Assembly: GCA_023334545.1 (NCBI GenBank)
Contig: JAADVB010000042.1
Coordinates: forward strand, 1-64,000
DNA: 64,000 bases
Direction of reading: 5' to 3'
DNA from: Salisapilia sapeloensis CBS 127946
Taxonomy: Eukaryota > Protista > Oomycota
Shown here: positions 35,901-47,223 of the stretch, one piece after another
How the letters are laid out: every line of letters starts with the position of its first letter
How positions within the stretch are numbered: position 1 is the first letter of the stretch
Notes under the pieces: generated by a model
Databases searched by the model: none
What the model saw: only the letters and a program-made list of their open reading frames with translations
What the model was told of the DNA's origin: nothing
Position numbers and translations under genes: made by a program

Positions 35901-36827
35901 AAAGGCAGTGTCTTGCGTCCGAGTCTTTCCCACAAGTACGTTTCGTTACTGGTTTTATCTGCTTGTGAGAAGGAAGAGGACATCCAGCGAACGTTTATCG
36001 AAGCGTTGGAGCTAGCAGTCGACAAGCTGCGGCATTTGAACAAAGAGTACGTTGCCAGTGGTCGCTCTGCTGGTCTCACATCTGCCCTCACGCCAGAGTT
36101 TGCTCTCCCATACGTCCTTCACTTGTTATCCCACTCGTCTTCTTTCCCAACATCTATCCTCCAGTCGTATGACGCCTACGAAGAGGAGATGCTACAAGAA
36201 GATGAGTGGAAGAGTGTTCTCGTCTACCTTCGTTTCTACTTTCAACACATTCGATGCAACGGAGAGAACGTTCCTCTTCTCCTTCAGATCCTTCAGAAGC
36301 TGAAAAAGTATCGAGACGCAGTTGATGACGATCGGAAGAGACTCTTGCTCTTGATCGGATCCGCGGAGACGATGCTCCGAAAGAGCGTCAAGCCAACACA
36401 AGCCTTGACGCCGTTCCCTGGGAAAGTCTACTTGCCCTCGAGCCTCTTCACGCTCGTGGACGAGTCTCCGGAGAAACCCAAGGCGAAGCAGGTGACGCCG
36501 AGCAAACCGACGACGCAGCAGACGCTCATGAAGTCTTCCTTGTCTCCGATCCAGAGGACTGAGCCTGGTGGAAGCAATGACTTTATGCTCAAGCCAACGC
36601 CTCCAGTGTTCAAGAAGAAGACAAACTCCGTCACGAAGTCGAGTGCTTCAAGTACCTCTTCGAAACGCAAGCGAGAGAGCAAGGCCAAGCCGAGTAAGAA
36701 GCAAAAGAAGGACGAACCGGTGGTACGTACTTTTGTTAGGATACGAAGATAGTATTGGATTCTTATATGGATGTAGGCTGAACGTCGGTTGACGAGTCGA
36801 CAGCGAAAGCTTCTGGAGAAAGATTAA
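32925..36827 (+). CDS. PDS5: Sister chromatid cohesion protein PDS5 (HEAT repeats); join(32925..36722,36777..36827), ~1282 aa
   Basis: ALAACCISEMMRI, FMERFRDVSKDIR, ERLSDRDWDVRRLAV, ERMRDKKVVTRKETMTGL, KLAWVPSYVL and PEFALPYVLHLLSH, plus a basic disordered tail. Confidence 0.93.
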
Positions 36828-36885
36828 GTAGTCGTGTATTCACGTCATTCAAAACTATTTTTCACTTTGTTTGTACGGCTTCATG

Positions 36886-37593
36886 TTAGTCGGAAAGAAG
36901 GAATTGAACAGATAGGCGAGGGTCACTTGTCTTGGACTCCTCCGCTTGCGTCTCAAGACCAAGTTGGGCGTCGTCCACGATTCGAGAGACCGTCGTGAGT
37001 GATCCGAGTGCTTCTTGCATTGCAGATATCATGCCTGTTTCCATAAAGATGCTGGACACTAATCCATTCTTTTGCACAACGAACGTACAGTTGCCTTCGA
37101 CCGTCCTCTGCTCCTCGTTCCCTTGCTCCAGATCGAGAGACACGTACGCTACGGTATCTACGATCACGATTAATAGGTCCTCCAAGACGTACGTCTTGTA
37201 TGTCTTTGGCTCCAATTGGAACGATCGGAAGGCGTTGACTTCATCGAGCCAAGTACCGAAGGCTCCATCCATATCGTTAAATCCGTCAGGAGTCATGATC
37301 GAATGCAAGAAGTTCTCTTGTTCAGTACGATGTGCATCGGAATAACCATGCTGGAAGACACGAAAATACTCGGCGACAGTTTGCAAAGCATTGTCACGCC
37401 AGACTCGCTCGTAGTGTGTCTGGAGCTCTGAGACGGTGGATTGCAAGGACTCGACTTCGGCTTCAAGCGTCATCAACTTTTGTTTGCGTTTCTCTCGATG
37501 TCGACGCTGATGTTCCCGGTCTTGCAGCCGCTTCCGAGAAATTCGCTCCTTATCTTGCATCGCTCGAAGAGATTCTTCTCCGTTTGGATCCAT
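36886..37593 (-). CDS. Oomycete-type bZIP transcription factor (~235 aa) with Asp at the normally invariant Asn
   Basis: Basic region RKRLQDREHQRRHREKRK followed by the heptad zipper LMTLEAEVESLQSTVSELQTHY and the oomycete bZIP C-terminal block VAEYFRVFQHG..FLHSIMTPD. Confidence 0.85.
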   Translation of the reverse strand: MDPNGEESLRAMQDKERISRKRLQDREHQRRHREKRKQKLMTLEAEVESLQSTVSELQTHYERVWRDNALQTVAEYFRVFQHGYSDAHRTEQENFLHSIMTPDGFNDMDGAFGTWLDEVNAFRSFQLEPKTYKTYVLEDLLIVIVDTVAYVSLDLEQGNEEQRTVEGNCTFVVQKNGLVSSIFMETGMISAMQEALGSLTTVSRIVDDAQLGLETQAEESKTSDPRLSVQFLLSD

Positions 37594-37804
37594 TTCGAAG
37601 ATGACAAAGGTGAAATCACACTGTGCGTTTGCTCGTCTGGTTATTCCAAGCAATCAGAAGTATGAATGGTGTGTTATGGCAAGCGTTGCCAGACGAGCCT
37701 GGTCGTGGCGCGAGTGATGCGCTTCGACGGAGACAGTACCAGCTTCCTTTAAATTGAGATATAGAATCGTTGCAAAGAAGAGCTTGGGATTGTCCCTGAC
37801 GAAG

Positions 37805-37830
37805 TGAGCCATATCTTGCGATATGGCTCA
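37805..37830. repeat. Perfect inverted repeat TGAGCCATATC-ttgc-GATATGGCTCA (11-bp arms)
   Basis: Arms are exact reverse complements; ~210 bp upstream of the bZIP ATG. Confidence 0.9.
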
Positions 37831-38792
37831 TGTCTACTCCTTAAACTGTCTTAACGTTTCTAGAGACTACATTGCAAATCTCGGACCCCATCTAGATGTG
37901 CAGACCGGATAGATACTAGAAACCGTGTAGATGCACATAGCAGTTGACAGGATGCAATGCCGTATTATTCGTTCGATCGTTGTACTCTCTCGCAATCCGC
38001 GCCTGAAAAGAATGCTTTTGCTGCGTGTCTATAGAGTAAATCGGCCGCTACGCAATCGTAGGAGGACGTTGTTCATAAGAATTATTGGTTGATACGAAAC
38101 AATCTAGATACGAGGAGGTCGGATGGACGCACGATATACCATATGCAAGTAGGACCGTCGGTAGAGAAATGGACCGTCACTTTGGTTGGTCACGGCGTTT
38201 AACGATGGGCTCGATTGCATAAAGACGCTACATGACCGTCGAGGTCTACACACCGCATCGATATGTCCGGTCGAATGTCTCGATACTAAGTCTTTGAAAT
38301 TCCCCATGGATATACTTAATTAATTTGTTTACGCTTTAAATTACTGCTGCTGTGTATTCGTATCTGCATCTAGAATACGTATTAAATCTCGCTGGTAGAT
38401 TGCACCTAGAGCAGTGTTGTAGAGTACGTCAAGCGCTACAGAAGGCAGCGACGAGAAGATGGGTATATTAACCCACGAGATTCTGCACGAAGTCAAGTAC
38501 GAACGTTGGTAAAGAAATGAGATGTCAAATTTCGGACACTTCGTTTAACGAGGTGATTTCTACGCAGCAAACTCTACCGTTTAACGAAACATTTTCTGTA
38601 CGACAGAGACGATTGGTGCCTGCCGCTTCCCATGTGCCATGTCGATGTAACTCGTCGGACCGATGCATGCCAAGTCACATAATCCTGCAAGTCTTGATGG
38701 ATATGTAACATCGATACAAAGTATCCATGAATACCACTGCCTGCTTGAAACGATCGACTTTCTGCTTTGTCTATTTCTATCCTCCTGCAAAT

Positions 38793-40503
38793 ATGCCACG
38801 ATCTCCTCGTCGGCGCGTGGCGTCTGGAGCAGTGCTCCATCTTGCTATCAAACTTGTGGGTGGAGCTCAGCTCGGGAAGGCTGTGAAAGGCAAAAGTAAG
38901 GATAAAGGTAAAGGCAAAAATGGTGGACATGAAGCCACGGAAGAAGAGAGGAAGTTGCAAGAGTCGATTCGACGACTTGAAATGAATGACTATTTGAAAA
39001 AGCTGACGTTGACCAAAAAGGCTATGCTTCAAGATTTCCTGGCAAAGGAAGCTCAAGTATCTCGGACGAACCAATTGAAGATCCAGAACCACTGGCGGAA
39101 AATTTTGAGGCTAGTCAAAGTCGAAGCTCTTCGCAAAGAAGTAGAAGTTCGAGCTCAGAACCATGAGCGCGACGTCGATCGTCGCGATGCCATCATTCAA
39201 ATGTTCGATCGGGACCTGGATGAAGCGGAAGAGCAGCTTCAAACAGCGTTGCGCAGCCACCTTCTTAACATCGATGATTTGATCGACATCCAGGATGACC
39301 GTCTGCTTTCGCTTGAGAAAGAGTTCGAGACAGATCTCAGACGCCTTGAGCGCGAGTTCGATGCGGAAAGAGAGCGAGTGATGGCTCAACACAGTCTCGA
39401 ACAAGGCGAGCTACAACGTATCATGAGCGCGGTGCAGCAGCAGGACAAAGACCGAGAGAATGAAGCTCGGCAAGAACACGAGCAACTGCGTGAAGAGATT
39501 CGAAACAAGAACTTGGAGGATATTAATGTCCTTCGTATCACGCTCGATGGCAGCATTGAAGAGCTAGAACAGCACTTTGAAGCAGCGCATCTAAACTACC
39601 TCCAAAACACCGACCAACGTACGCAAGACTTCAAGTATTTGACAGCAAAAGATCTGGATCTATCTCGTGACATTGAGCTGAAACTTCGAAAGATTGACCG
39701 ATTGCAGTCGAGTCTGGTCCATTGGCGGTCCAAGATAGCTCAAAACACAAAAGAGAATGCGGAGCGCAATCGGCAGCTGGAAGAGGAGAAAGCAGCGTTG
39801 TCAGTCCATTATCAGAAGCTAAAGTCCCGTATGAACAAAATGCGTGATGTCCAGCGACGACGGCTGACGGACTTGTCCAGTAACGCTCGTGAAGCTAAAA
39901 TAGGACTAGATGAACGGCTGGAGTTGATGGAACGTATCTTGCATCTTGGTGAGCTCGTGAGAAAGCTTGAAACCGAAAGAGAGAGGGTCCTGCCGTACTA
40001 TGTCTCGACACTTGAAGATGAGACTGCAGCAAATGAACTGACTGAGGCCGTCCGTCGTAATCTTCCAAAGGGTACTCTCTCTTGACAACTTTTCGTTCCA
40101 TCAACTGATTTTTAATTTAATAATATGCATAGAGTGGAATGATGAAAATGCAGGCACGGATGAATCGCTGGTCGGGTATCAGCCAAAGGCTGAGTTGAAT
40201 GGAATTGAAGTATCCGAATGGGAAAGTCTTGACTTGTTCTGGAAACGATTTAACAAGGTTCAACTGGATAATTTGGCCATTTCGCGGGAGAAAGAGAGAC
40301 TGGAGGCGGAGAATAGAGAGCTACAGACGATCTTACAACGGTACCTCGATGGCGTCACTGTGAACGATAGTGTCATCGATCATGCCAACCCGCTCTTTGT
40401 GGTCAATGGTAGACTACGAGTGCATAACCCGGATGCAGACAGCACAAAGACGGTGGTGGAAGGGAATCACATGGTCCAAACGAATCGTATCTCCAGAGGG
40501 TAG
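38793..40503 (+). CDS. DRC2: Dynein regulatory complex subunit 2 (CCDC65); join(38793..40071,40133..40503), ~549 aa
   Basis: LKIQNHWRKILRLVKVEALRKEVEVRAQNHERDVDRRDAIIQMFDRDLDEAEEQ..ALRSHLLNIDDLIDIQ and the C-terminal FWKRFNKVQLDNLAI..NPLFVVN match CCDC65/DRC2. Start codon uncertain. Confidence 0.9.
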
Positions 40504-41231
40504 GACGGTGTCCAATGTGAAGCATATCTTCTTGGTCTCATCTCGACTTTTTCGACTATTTTGTGCCGAAGGAATACTCAACACTCTCATAGAGTATGTC
40601 GCAGTTGGTCACCTCATGCTGATATGGTTTCATTCTAATTTCTCCGAACACTGTTTCTCTTCTTGCGTGGCAGACTAAGCATCTATTTGGTGTCAAGATC
40701 GTGGTCCTATATCTTCAGAAAACTTCCTAGTAGTAAAAGTTCGTCATACTCGCAACAGTATCCACTTTCGTAATACGCATGTGGCATTATGTCAATAGAC
40801 ATGGTACCCTCACTTTGCTTTTGCCGTGTTCATGCCTTGGAAAATGTCAGCTCAACGACGTGTTCAAATAGCTTTCCTAATGTACACACAACTTTTTCAA
40901 AATCAACGTTACCACCACGCTGTCGTGGAATATCTTTGTCGCCCGCAGTCTTTTGTAAAGTTGCATAGACGTCCATGACTGTCTTCTACTGGACTCATGA
41001 GCATTTATGCAGTCATTGATCGCCCATCGCATTGATCATTCTTATCATCGCTCGTGCTCGTCATCGACGCTACGAACGAAAGATCGTCTATCGCACATAC
41101 GTAATCTCTCTTCTACAAGTCTACCACATCGCCACGATCTATCACATTACATCGAATTACAAATAGATCCAACCTGTCAGCTTCTTCAATCTCCAAAAAA
41201 TTGTATTTATTTTTATTCAAAAGCATGGGGA

Positions 41232-44200
41232 TTATTCTTGGACAATAGCAGCTAGTTCTCCAGCATCATCCTGCAAAAGCTCCGACGGCTCTCCGACTTC
41301 CACAAGCTGGCCGTTTCGTAGAACAACCACCTTGTCATAGTCTAGAATCGTCTCAATGCGATGGGCAATAGTCAAAACCGTTCGTCCAGCATACTCCTCC
41401 CGAATGACCTTTTGAATCATGTCGTCTACACCATATTATCAGTACCTCCACCAATAAAATAGAAGATGTACATGCTACCTGTGGATTGATCCATGGAAGA
41501 CGTAGCTTCGTCTAGACAGAGGATCTTACTACTCTTCACTAATGCTCTCGCGAGGCACAAAAGCTGCTTTTGTCCAGCACTGAAATTCGCTCCTCCTTCC
41601 ACAACCTGAGCTTCTAGCTTCCCTGGCAGTCGACTCACGACTTCATCTAGCTTGGCCTGTCGTAGCACATGCCATAGCCGAGCGTCACTCGCTTGATTCG
41701 TCGGGTCCAGGTTCATCCGCACAGTAGAAGCAAACAAGACCGGATGCTGCGGGATGATGGCGAGTTGCGAACGGAGATCGGACAGCTCCAGTTGGCCAAT
41801 GTCAGTTCCATCAATGAAGATCTGTCCTTGACTGCATCCGACGAGCCGGAAGAGCGTAAGCAGCAGCGAACTCTTCCCAGCTCCTGTTCGTCCACAGATA
41901 CCGACACGTTCTCCAGCTTCAATGGTAAAGCTCACACCTTTCAAGACACTTGGTAAGGAAGCGTCGTACTGAACATGCACATTTCTAAACTCAATCTGTC
42001 CTTGCTGGAGCCATCCAAGAGGAGATGTGATGGGATTCTTAGGAGTCAAGTAGCTTGGGAAGAAGATGGGCTCCGTCGGAACGATCGACTCTTTCGTAAA
42101 CGCGTCGATGCGTTCGACACTTGTCATCATGTTCTCCATATCGATATGATTACGAATGAGCCAATTGAGCATGCCAGTGATACGTTGCGAGTAGCTTAGC
42201 AAGAGACCAGCAAGAGAGCTCGAGACGACTGTGCGATGGCTAGTGAGGAAAGCAGCAACGACAAAGGTGATGGCAGCGCCCAAGAGCTCTAGTCGGACTC
42301 CCAGCCATCGATTAATGACGTTGAGAAGGAAAAAGGCACGCGTGTTCTCGTCAATGTTCTCGCGCTGCTGCTTCTCCGCTTTCTCCGTCGCGTGGAACGC
42401 TCGGAGAGTTGAGATGCCAGGGAGGCATTCCTTTAAGTGACCATAGATGGGAGATCGAGTGATGTTATCTAGACGCTGGAGCTCACGACAGGATTTACGG
42501 TAGAAATGCTGGAGAGTGAGGTAGATGGCAAATATAGGAATAAGGCAGGCGCCGACGATCGGAAGAGCGGACACTTGGAGAAGGAGCATGGCGACGAGAG
42601 ACAGCAGGACGATAGCAAAGGACTGCATCGCGTCGTTGAGTTTCTGATCGATGATTGTAATGTCGTTCCCGAATCGGTTCAAGACACGTCCGACAGGGGT
42701 CATATCAAAGAAGCGCATGGTGCCTCGGATCACATGGCGCAAGAGGTCAGCATGCATCGTGTTAGATGCACTGATACCAGCGTAGCGCCAGCAAACATTG
42801 CCACCAACGCCTAGGAGGATGGTGATAGCGCCCAAATAGGCATATACACTGATGTAGAAAGCAACACTCTTGCGCTTCCCAGCTTCTTCCTTGGAAGATT
42901 CCGTCCAGCTCGTGAGCCACAGGTCACTCGCGACTTGAGAGACTTGTTGGACAACCAAGACAGCGACAGTCGAGACTGCCATAAAAGTTCCACAAGCACT
43001 CGCGTAGGCTACATACAAGTGCCAATCCACTTCTCCCTCCACTCGATCCTCTTTTGCAGTCTGTTCTACTTCTAACACCTTGTCATCGTCTTCTTTCGAC
43101 GTGGATGACACGAGGCTCTGTTTCGAAGATAGTGAAGACGTGAGCATGTGGGAAAAGATGTTATCGTCTGCTTTGGACAACTGATCGTACGTGCCCATGT
43201 GAACAACTTGCATCTGACCCAACACGATGATCCAGTCGGCTTTCGACGCTATTTCCATGTCGTTCGTACTAATCACCCGGGTGTGACCTCGTAGTGACCC
43301 TGAGTTTTCATCCAGTACATCTCGGAAGAGTGAAGTCGTGACCTCTCGATCTAACGCAGACATACTGTCGTCCAGTACGTACATGGACCTATGCGCAGCA
43401 TACACTGCTCGTGCAATCGCCACACGTTGTTTCTGTCCACCACTTAGCGTGACGCCATTCTCCCCTACGAGTGTTCCTAATCCATACTCTAACGATGCAA
43501 TGTCTTCTTCCAACTGACAGCTCTTCACAACTCTTGCCAAACGGTCCGTGTCCAGTATCGAATTGAAGACGATATTATCCTGGATCGAGCCTCGAATCAA
43601 GTACGGCTCTTGTGCTACGTACGCAATGTTCGAGGTAGGCAAGTCGGTGATACCAGAGGTAGGAGATAGCTCTCCAATGATAGCAGATACGAGCGTCGAT
43701 TTCCCACTTCCAACAGGACCGACGATGGCAGTCAGCTGACCCTTCGGTATTTCGATGGACACGTTCTCGAGCTTTGGGACGGTGGTATCGTCACTGGACA
43801 CATGATCTGTCCAGGAAAACGTAGCGTCTTGAATCGAGTATGAGCTTTTAGACGAATTGTGTGGAAGAGCAGGCTGGTGTTCAGGTAGAAAAAGAAAGGA
43901 TTCAAGGCGCTTAACGGAAATGTCGGCTTGGAAGATCCAGTTAAAGACACGTGGAAGCATCGACAAGGGCATACGAAAGATACTGAACAAGGAGATACTG
44001 GTAAAGGCCTGTGCTGCCGTCAACGGTTCCGACGAGATGCTCGCGTACGTTCCGAACGCTGCGAGTGACACTAGAATCGGTCCAGCTTGTAACGACATTT
44101 CGGACAAGGCTTCCCACACGATCATGCGTTTGAGCCATTTGAGTTCGTCAAGACGAATCTCACCTACTTTGGATAGCAACGGCAGCTCCCATGCGTAGCA

Positions 44201-45361
44201 CTTGATCATACGAATGTTCGTCAGAATCTCATGTAGCCACTGCAGCCGCTTGTCTGTGCATTCGATAAGCAATTTCGAAAGTTTAGCGGCATGGGCAGAG
44301 CAGGCAGCTGCGAATGGGAGAAGGAGGACCATGACGGCTACTCCGACAAAGGCCGAGATGCCGAGATAATGGTACAAGAGGCAGAGACCGATAATGACTT
44401 GCAGTGGGGCAGCCCAGACGTAATGGACTAAAGATGCAGGTTACTATATGAGCGGATGGAAATGCGTAGTTATCATACTGAAGTAGAAGAGGTCAAGGAG
44501 CCGCTTGGCGTCGGTGGTCGCGAGGTTGATGATAGCACCCGAACCGACGTCATTCTTGGTCGTCGTGGATAGTCGAAGGCTTTTGGTGAAGACGAGCTGG
44601 ACGATAGCAGACCGAACTCGAATAGCTTCCCGGATCACGATGTGATGATGCTATATGTTCGTAGGTAAGAACGGGATCACAAGAAGATGGCTGTAGAAGT
44701 GGAAACCTGATGCAAGAGAAGTGTGCGAACGGCGGAGGAGAAGAAGAAGATGAGACTGAGGATGTATCCGTAGTAATTGGTGGCGCCATCCGAGGTCCTG
44801 TCAGCAGGCTGTTCGATATATCGGACAAGCTCTATTGCAAATCAGCCATAACGCGAGAAGGTTCAATGTCGAACTTTAGAAGACAACGTACCGTTAATAA
44901 GGATGGGACCAATAAAGCCAGTCAAGTCTCCGAGCAATTTGCACACGCCAGCAATGTACATATTCGCACCAAAGGCCTAGCAAGGGTTAGATGAGTCCAT
45001 TGCAAACTGTAGCAAAGTCTAGCTTACGTGGTGTAGAGCACGCCAGAGCGAGTGGCGGTCGGAAGAGGCATTGTTTAGTCGCGATAGGAGAGTGGCGTAA
45101 TTGTCACTCGTGCTATCTTTCGCCTGCACTGGGTACAGATGGGCTAATTCAAGCGGGATCTGGACGCCCTGTTGCAAGATGTCTTCGACCCAACTGTATT
45201 GCATGAGCTATCGGAGACCTCGTTTGAGCAAAGAGCATGGCATACCTGAAGATGAGTCGGGAGAAGCAATGCACGCGTTGCTCCGGGTGGGGGATTTCGA
45301 CGCCATCGCGTGGTGCGAGGAGACGTGTCGACTCGACACTGGCGTCAGTACTTGACTGCAT
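41232..45361 (-). CDS. Full-length ABC transporter, subfamily C (MRP-like, no TMD0), 7 exons
   Basis: Spliced N-terminus PHPEQRVHCFSRLIFSWV. NBD1 GPVGSGKS / LSGGQKQR / YVLDDSMSALD. TMD2 FFDMTPVGRVLNRF and LDNITRSPIYGH. NBD2 GRTGAGKS / FSAGQKQL / LDEATS and TIAHRIETILDYD. Six GT-AG introns. Confidence 0.95.
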
Positions 45362-46250
45362 GTAATTCGTACCTTTGGTGGTGCGACGATAGGAAGATAA
45401 TGCCAGGGAGCCCCCGCGCCTCGTGCCCCGTTGTATCGTTCTGTTGACAATTAGAGCGTTGGCGGCATCGGATTGGTCGAGACGATGGAAACGCAAAGAC
45501 TTTTCGTGTACACTAGTAAGTTGGATTTGTTGGTCGTAAAACGGAGATGCGCCGAGTGTGAGTACACGACGTTTCAGGAGTATAAAAAAATGGCGAAGAG
45601 GTGTGTTTCACTTCGTTTCAATTTTTCCAGCATAATCGTTGAAGGCTAAGTGCACACCCCCCTCTTGTGACAGATAGCCTTCGTCCTCGACCGTTTTTAT
45701 ACGATGCAAATGTCACGGCACGCCAGCAAAGCTTCGATATAGAATACTTTGGCCGGCGCAACTTCTATCCGAGCAGACCCCGTACCTAGCTACCATTGCC
45801 AATGAGTGCACGCCGCTTCCACTCTATCGAGGTATGATTTCCGTTCGCGACATGCTGAATACGTGCAGCGGGTAGGGACAATTGGCTGGTCAATATTCCG
45901 CCTCGCTTCACCTACTCTCGCCCGAGTGCGATTATGGGCGCTGACGCCACCTCCAACTAGAAATCCGCGAGTACGATCGAAGCTCGAGCGACAAGGTGTG
46001 CTTCTCAGAAAACTTACCCAAAGTGAACTTCAATACAAATTTCAGGTCAAAAATCCTGCTGGGCCGCTGACGTGCTTGTCGTGCTACAAGGAAGAAACGC
46101 CATTTTCGGTTTTACCAGCTAGCACACAGTTGAAGGAAGCAGTAAAACAGACGCGCAGTCGAACACGGGCGCGAATACCACTAAATCATCATCAGTCTCT
46201 CCGCCATCTTCAGTTGCCTCTCTTTTGGCCGAGGCCGGCCCAACAACAAG

Positions 46251-46988
46251 ATGTTCACTTCCACGGACCGCATACCGGCACACAAGAAAGAGGACCGCGT
46301 ACCGCCGGTCCTTCCGCCTCGATTCGGTGAACATGTAGACGATCCAGCCACCACGAAAGGCGATGCGAGAAACTTTCGCAGCTCTCTACCAGCTACGCCG
46401 GAAGAACTAGAGGAGATGGGCACGAATATGAGCTACCCGTCGGCCGATCGCAGACGCAGCACCTTTGACTCGTACATTCGACGCCGTAGTCAGGACTTCT
46501 CCGGTGACTTATCACCCAATGACGAAGAACGCGGGAGCATGACCGTGCCATCAATACCTGCAGTCGAGATCGCCGGACATGCACGCGATCGCAGTGCACT
46601 GGATTTTTATCGTATCCATGGCCGGACACTTGGGCACGTTGCACTCCCGAAATGTGATCATGAGGTCGGTGCCCCTATGATTCGTGTAATCAACCCAACG
46701 GATACGACGACGTGGACGCGAGGTAGTCCGGTCGTGATCGAATGGGAGGTGCTGGACGACACTGTCGAACAGCTTCAGATTGAACTCATGGGTGAGCACT
46801 CGAGCGGCATAACAGTCGTGGCGAAAAGTGTGGGAAACACTGGATTCTTTGCGTATCAGAAGGTGCCATGGGGCATGGAACCAGGCCAAAAGTACTTTTT
46901 ACGATTCTCGGACGCGTCCAAATCGAGCGAGCGATTTATAACGACGAAGTACTTTACCATCGATACACCATACAAGGACCGCGCGTAA
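46251..46988 (+). CDS. Hypothetical 245-aa protein: disordered N-terminus plus C-terminal Kre9/Knh1-like Ig-fold domain
   Basis: C-terminal VINPTDTTTWTRGSPVVIEWEV..LQIELM..NTGFFAYQKVPWGMEPGQKYFLRF..TKYFTI resembles the Ser/Thr-rich GPI-anchored (Kre9-like) beta-sandwich. In-frame stop upstream of the ATG; no signal peptide. Confidence 0.7.
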   Translation: MFTSTDRIPAHKKEDRVPPVLPPRFGEHVDDPATTKGDARNFRSSLPATPEELEEMGTNMSYPSADRRRSTFDSYIRRRSQDFSGDLSPNDEERGSMTVPSIPAVEIAGHARDRSALDFYRIHGRTLGHVALPKCDHEVGAPMIRVINPTDTTTWTRGSPVVIEWEVLDDTVEQLQIELMGEHSSGITVVAKSVGNTGFFAYQKVPWGMEPGQKYFLRFSDASKSSERFITTKYFTIDTPYKDRA

Positions 46989-47223
46989 ATGACCAGTCAC
47001 GACTTATCTATTTAACCCCTGCCGACGCTAGAGGTGTCAGCACACCTCCCTCTCTAGCCTTTACCGTGTTGCTGTAATATATACGTTCATTGGATTCTTT
47101 CTCTCGCGCTTTTAAGGTGGACCTTGCGTGCTTCAACCGTGTCAAGCCATTCACACGTCTTTGCACGGAATACGAATCTTGCATGCGAAAATCTTATTCT
47201 TATCGGGAATGCATGTGCCTAAT

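Noticed and set aside
38104-38307. 67-aa minus ORF starting MGNFKDLVSRH
   Set aside because: Short, with no recognisable motif; cannot be distinguished from chance.
40520-40980. Protein-like text on the minus strand between DRC2 and the ABC transporter
   Set aside because: Stop density in the frame is about what random sequence gives.
45806-46330. 174-aa plus ORF upstream of the Ig-like gene
   Set aside because: Non-ATG start, no motif, different frame from the supported ORF; probably promoter or 5' UTR.
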